Positions 61,985-64,000 of a stretch of 64,000 nucleotides of DNA are shown piece by piece. The DNA comes from Mobula hypostoma. Its lineage: Eukaryota. The notes below the pieces were generated by a model. It was not told the DNA's origin. It did not search any database and saw only the letters and a program-made list of their open reading frames with translations. The DNA lies in NCBI RefSeq assembly GCF_963921235.1, contig NC_086108.1, positions 105,588,001 through 105,652,000 of the forward strand, written 5' to 3'. Each line of letters opens with the position of its first letter. Within the stretch, counting starts at the first letter, position 1. Made by a program: the position numbers and the translations under genes.

Positions 61985-63240
61985 AGAATCAGAATCAGAA
62001 TCGGGTTTATTATCACTGAATGTGATGTGAAATTTGTTAACTTAGCAGCAGCAGTTCAATGCAATATATAATGTAGAAGAAAAAACCAAAATAAAATAAT
62101 AATAATAATAATAAGTAAATTAATTACAGTATACGTATATTGAATAGATTAAAAATCATGCAAAAAACAGAAATACTGTATATTAAAAAAGTGAGGTAGT
62201 TTTCAAAGGTTCAATATCCATTTAGGAAGAAGCTGTTCCTGAATCACTGAGTGTGTGCCTTCAGGCTTCTGTACCTCCTCTCTGATGGTAACAGTGAGAA
62301 AAGGCCATGCCCTGGGCCCTGGGTGCTGGCGGTCCTTAATAATGGACACTGCCTTTCTGAGACGCCACTCCCTGAAGATGTCCTGGGTACTTTGTAGGCT
62401 AGTACCCACAATGGAGCTGACTAGATTTACAACCCTCTGCAGCTTCTTTCGGTCCTGTGCAGTAGCACCCCCATAACAGACGGTGATGCAGTCCATCAGA
62501 ATGCTCTACATAGTACATCTATAGAAGTTTTTGAATGCATTTGTTGACATACCAAATCTCTTCAAACTCCTCATGAAGTATAGCTGCTGTCTTGCTTTCT
62601 TTATAACTACATTGATATAGTGGGACCTGGTTAGATCCTCAGCGATCTTGACACCCAGGAATTTGAAGCTGCTCACTCTCTCCACTTCTGATCCCTCTAT
62701 GAGGATTGGTATGTGTTCCTTCGTCTTACCCTTCCTGAAGTCCACAATCAGCTCTTTCATCTTACTGACTTTGAGTGCTAGGTTGCTACTACGGCACCAC
62801 TCCACTAGTTGGCATATCTCACTCCTGCATGCCCTCTCGTCACCACCTACCAACAATGGCTAAATCATCAGCAAATTTGTAGCTGGCATTTGAGCTATGC
62901 CTATCCTCACAGTCATGGATATATAGAGAGTAGAGCAGTGGACTAAGCACATACCCCTGAGGTGCACCAGTGTTGATCGTCAGCGAGGAGGAGATGTTAT
63001 CACCAATTCGCACAGACTGTGGCCTTCCAGTTAGGAAGTCGAGGATCCAATTGCAGAGGCCCAGGTTCTGCAACTTCTCAATCAGGATTGTGGGAATGAT
63101 GGTATGAAATACTGAGCTGTAGTTGATTAACAGCATCCCGACGTAGGCGTTTGTGTTGTCCAGGTGGTCTAAAGCTGTGTGAAGAGCCATTGAGATTGCA
63201 TCTGCCATTAACCTATCGTGGCAAAAGGCAAATTGCCACA
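61985..63240 (-). mobile_element. Rex1/Babar LINE, RT region to tail
   Basis: [27 protein letters not shown] and FKFLGVKIAEDL motifs; (CTGATT)n tail at about 61984-62001. Confidence 0.9.
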
Positions 63241-64000
63241 ATAGGTCTTAAATATGAAACTGTCAAACTGATATGGTGGAAGATTCCTGTGCACCCCCCC
63301 CACCCCCCAACAGGCCCTTCACCAATCACCCACTCCTACAAGCATACCTATCCAATCATGAACCACTAATATTAGAACAGAGCCCACACAGCATTACAGC
63401 ACAGTACAGGCCCTTCAGTCTACAATGTTATGCCAAACCTTTCAATCTACTCTAAGATCAATCTAGCCCTTCCCTCTAACATGACCCTCCATTTTCCTAT
63501 CTTCCATGCGCCCATCAAAGAATTCCTTAAATATCCCTAATGTATCTGCCTTTAGCACCACCCCAAGCAGGGACCCTAAAATCCATGCAACCCTAAAATT
63601 TCCTCCAATTACCTTAAAATTCAGCTCCCTCATATTTGCCATCTCTGCCTTGGGAAAAAGCCTCCAACTATCCATTCTGTCTATACCTCTTATTCTGGGA
63701 TTTTGTGAATAAAACATACAGGGGTCATTTTATGTGCTTAACAAAAGCCGCAGATCTTTACTTCCATTACCGACCTATTGAAAGCAGTCGCCTTACGTCA
63801 TTATGTCAGACACTGTCTCTTAAAGTAAGCACAATAACTCTGTGACAGTGTTTGTGAGTTATGTAGAAAGTTTCTATTAAGACAGCATGTATCATCTGTC
63901 ACCTGTTAGATTACCTACATTATCAACTTGTACACATCTAGTTCTCCTTTGATCCAAAGAGAAAAGCCCTAGTTCACTCAACCTATCTTCATAAAACATG

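Noticed and set aside
1..64000. CRISPR arrays, operons or other prokaryotic systems; host gene exons
   Set aside because: No repeat-spacer arrays. The sequence is vertebrate repeat-rich DNA, and every recognisable ORF is transposon-derived.

Overview
Repeat-dominated, CpG-depleted vertebrate DNA, either intergenic or deep intronic. The repeat mix (CR1, Rex1/Babar, V-domain SINEs, Penelope) suggests a cartilaginous fish, probably a ray; this is inference only. I could not support any host protein-coding exon. Most of the window is nested transposon debris: CR1, Rex1/Babar, L2, RTE-derived non-autonomous elements, tRNA-SINEs, Penelope-like elements, Tc1 and hAT derivatives, an internally deleted Gypsy, an internally deleted BEL/Pao and a solo LTR. 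The main items are: (1) a 5'-truncated L1-clade element with a fully open 1258-aa APE-RT-CCHC ORF2 and a perfect 13-bp TSD; (2) about ten Penelope terminal repeats carrying a minimal hammerhead-ribozyme core (CUGANGA...GAAAC-NUH), several arranged as fold-backs; (3) a hAT inside a hAT whose inner element appears to end at a cryptic terminus; (4) two adjacent LTR elements that both lack RT. Several short non-repeat islands could be conserved non-coding elements. Family names come from motif recognition, not database searches, and boundaries of old elements are approximate. I found no clearly new biological system; the best leads are variants of known retroelement biology.
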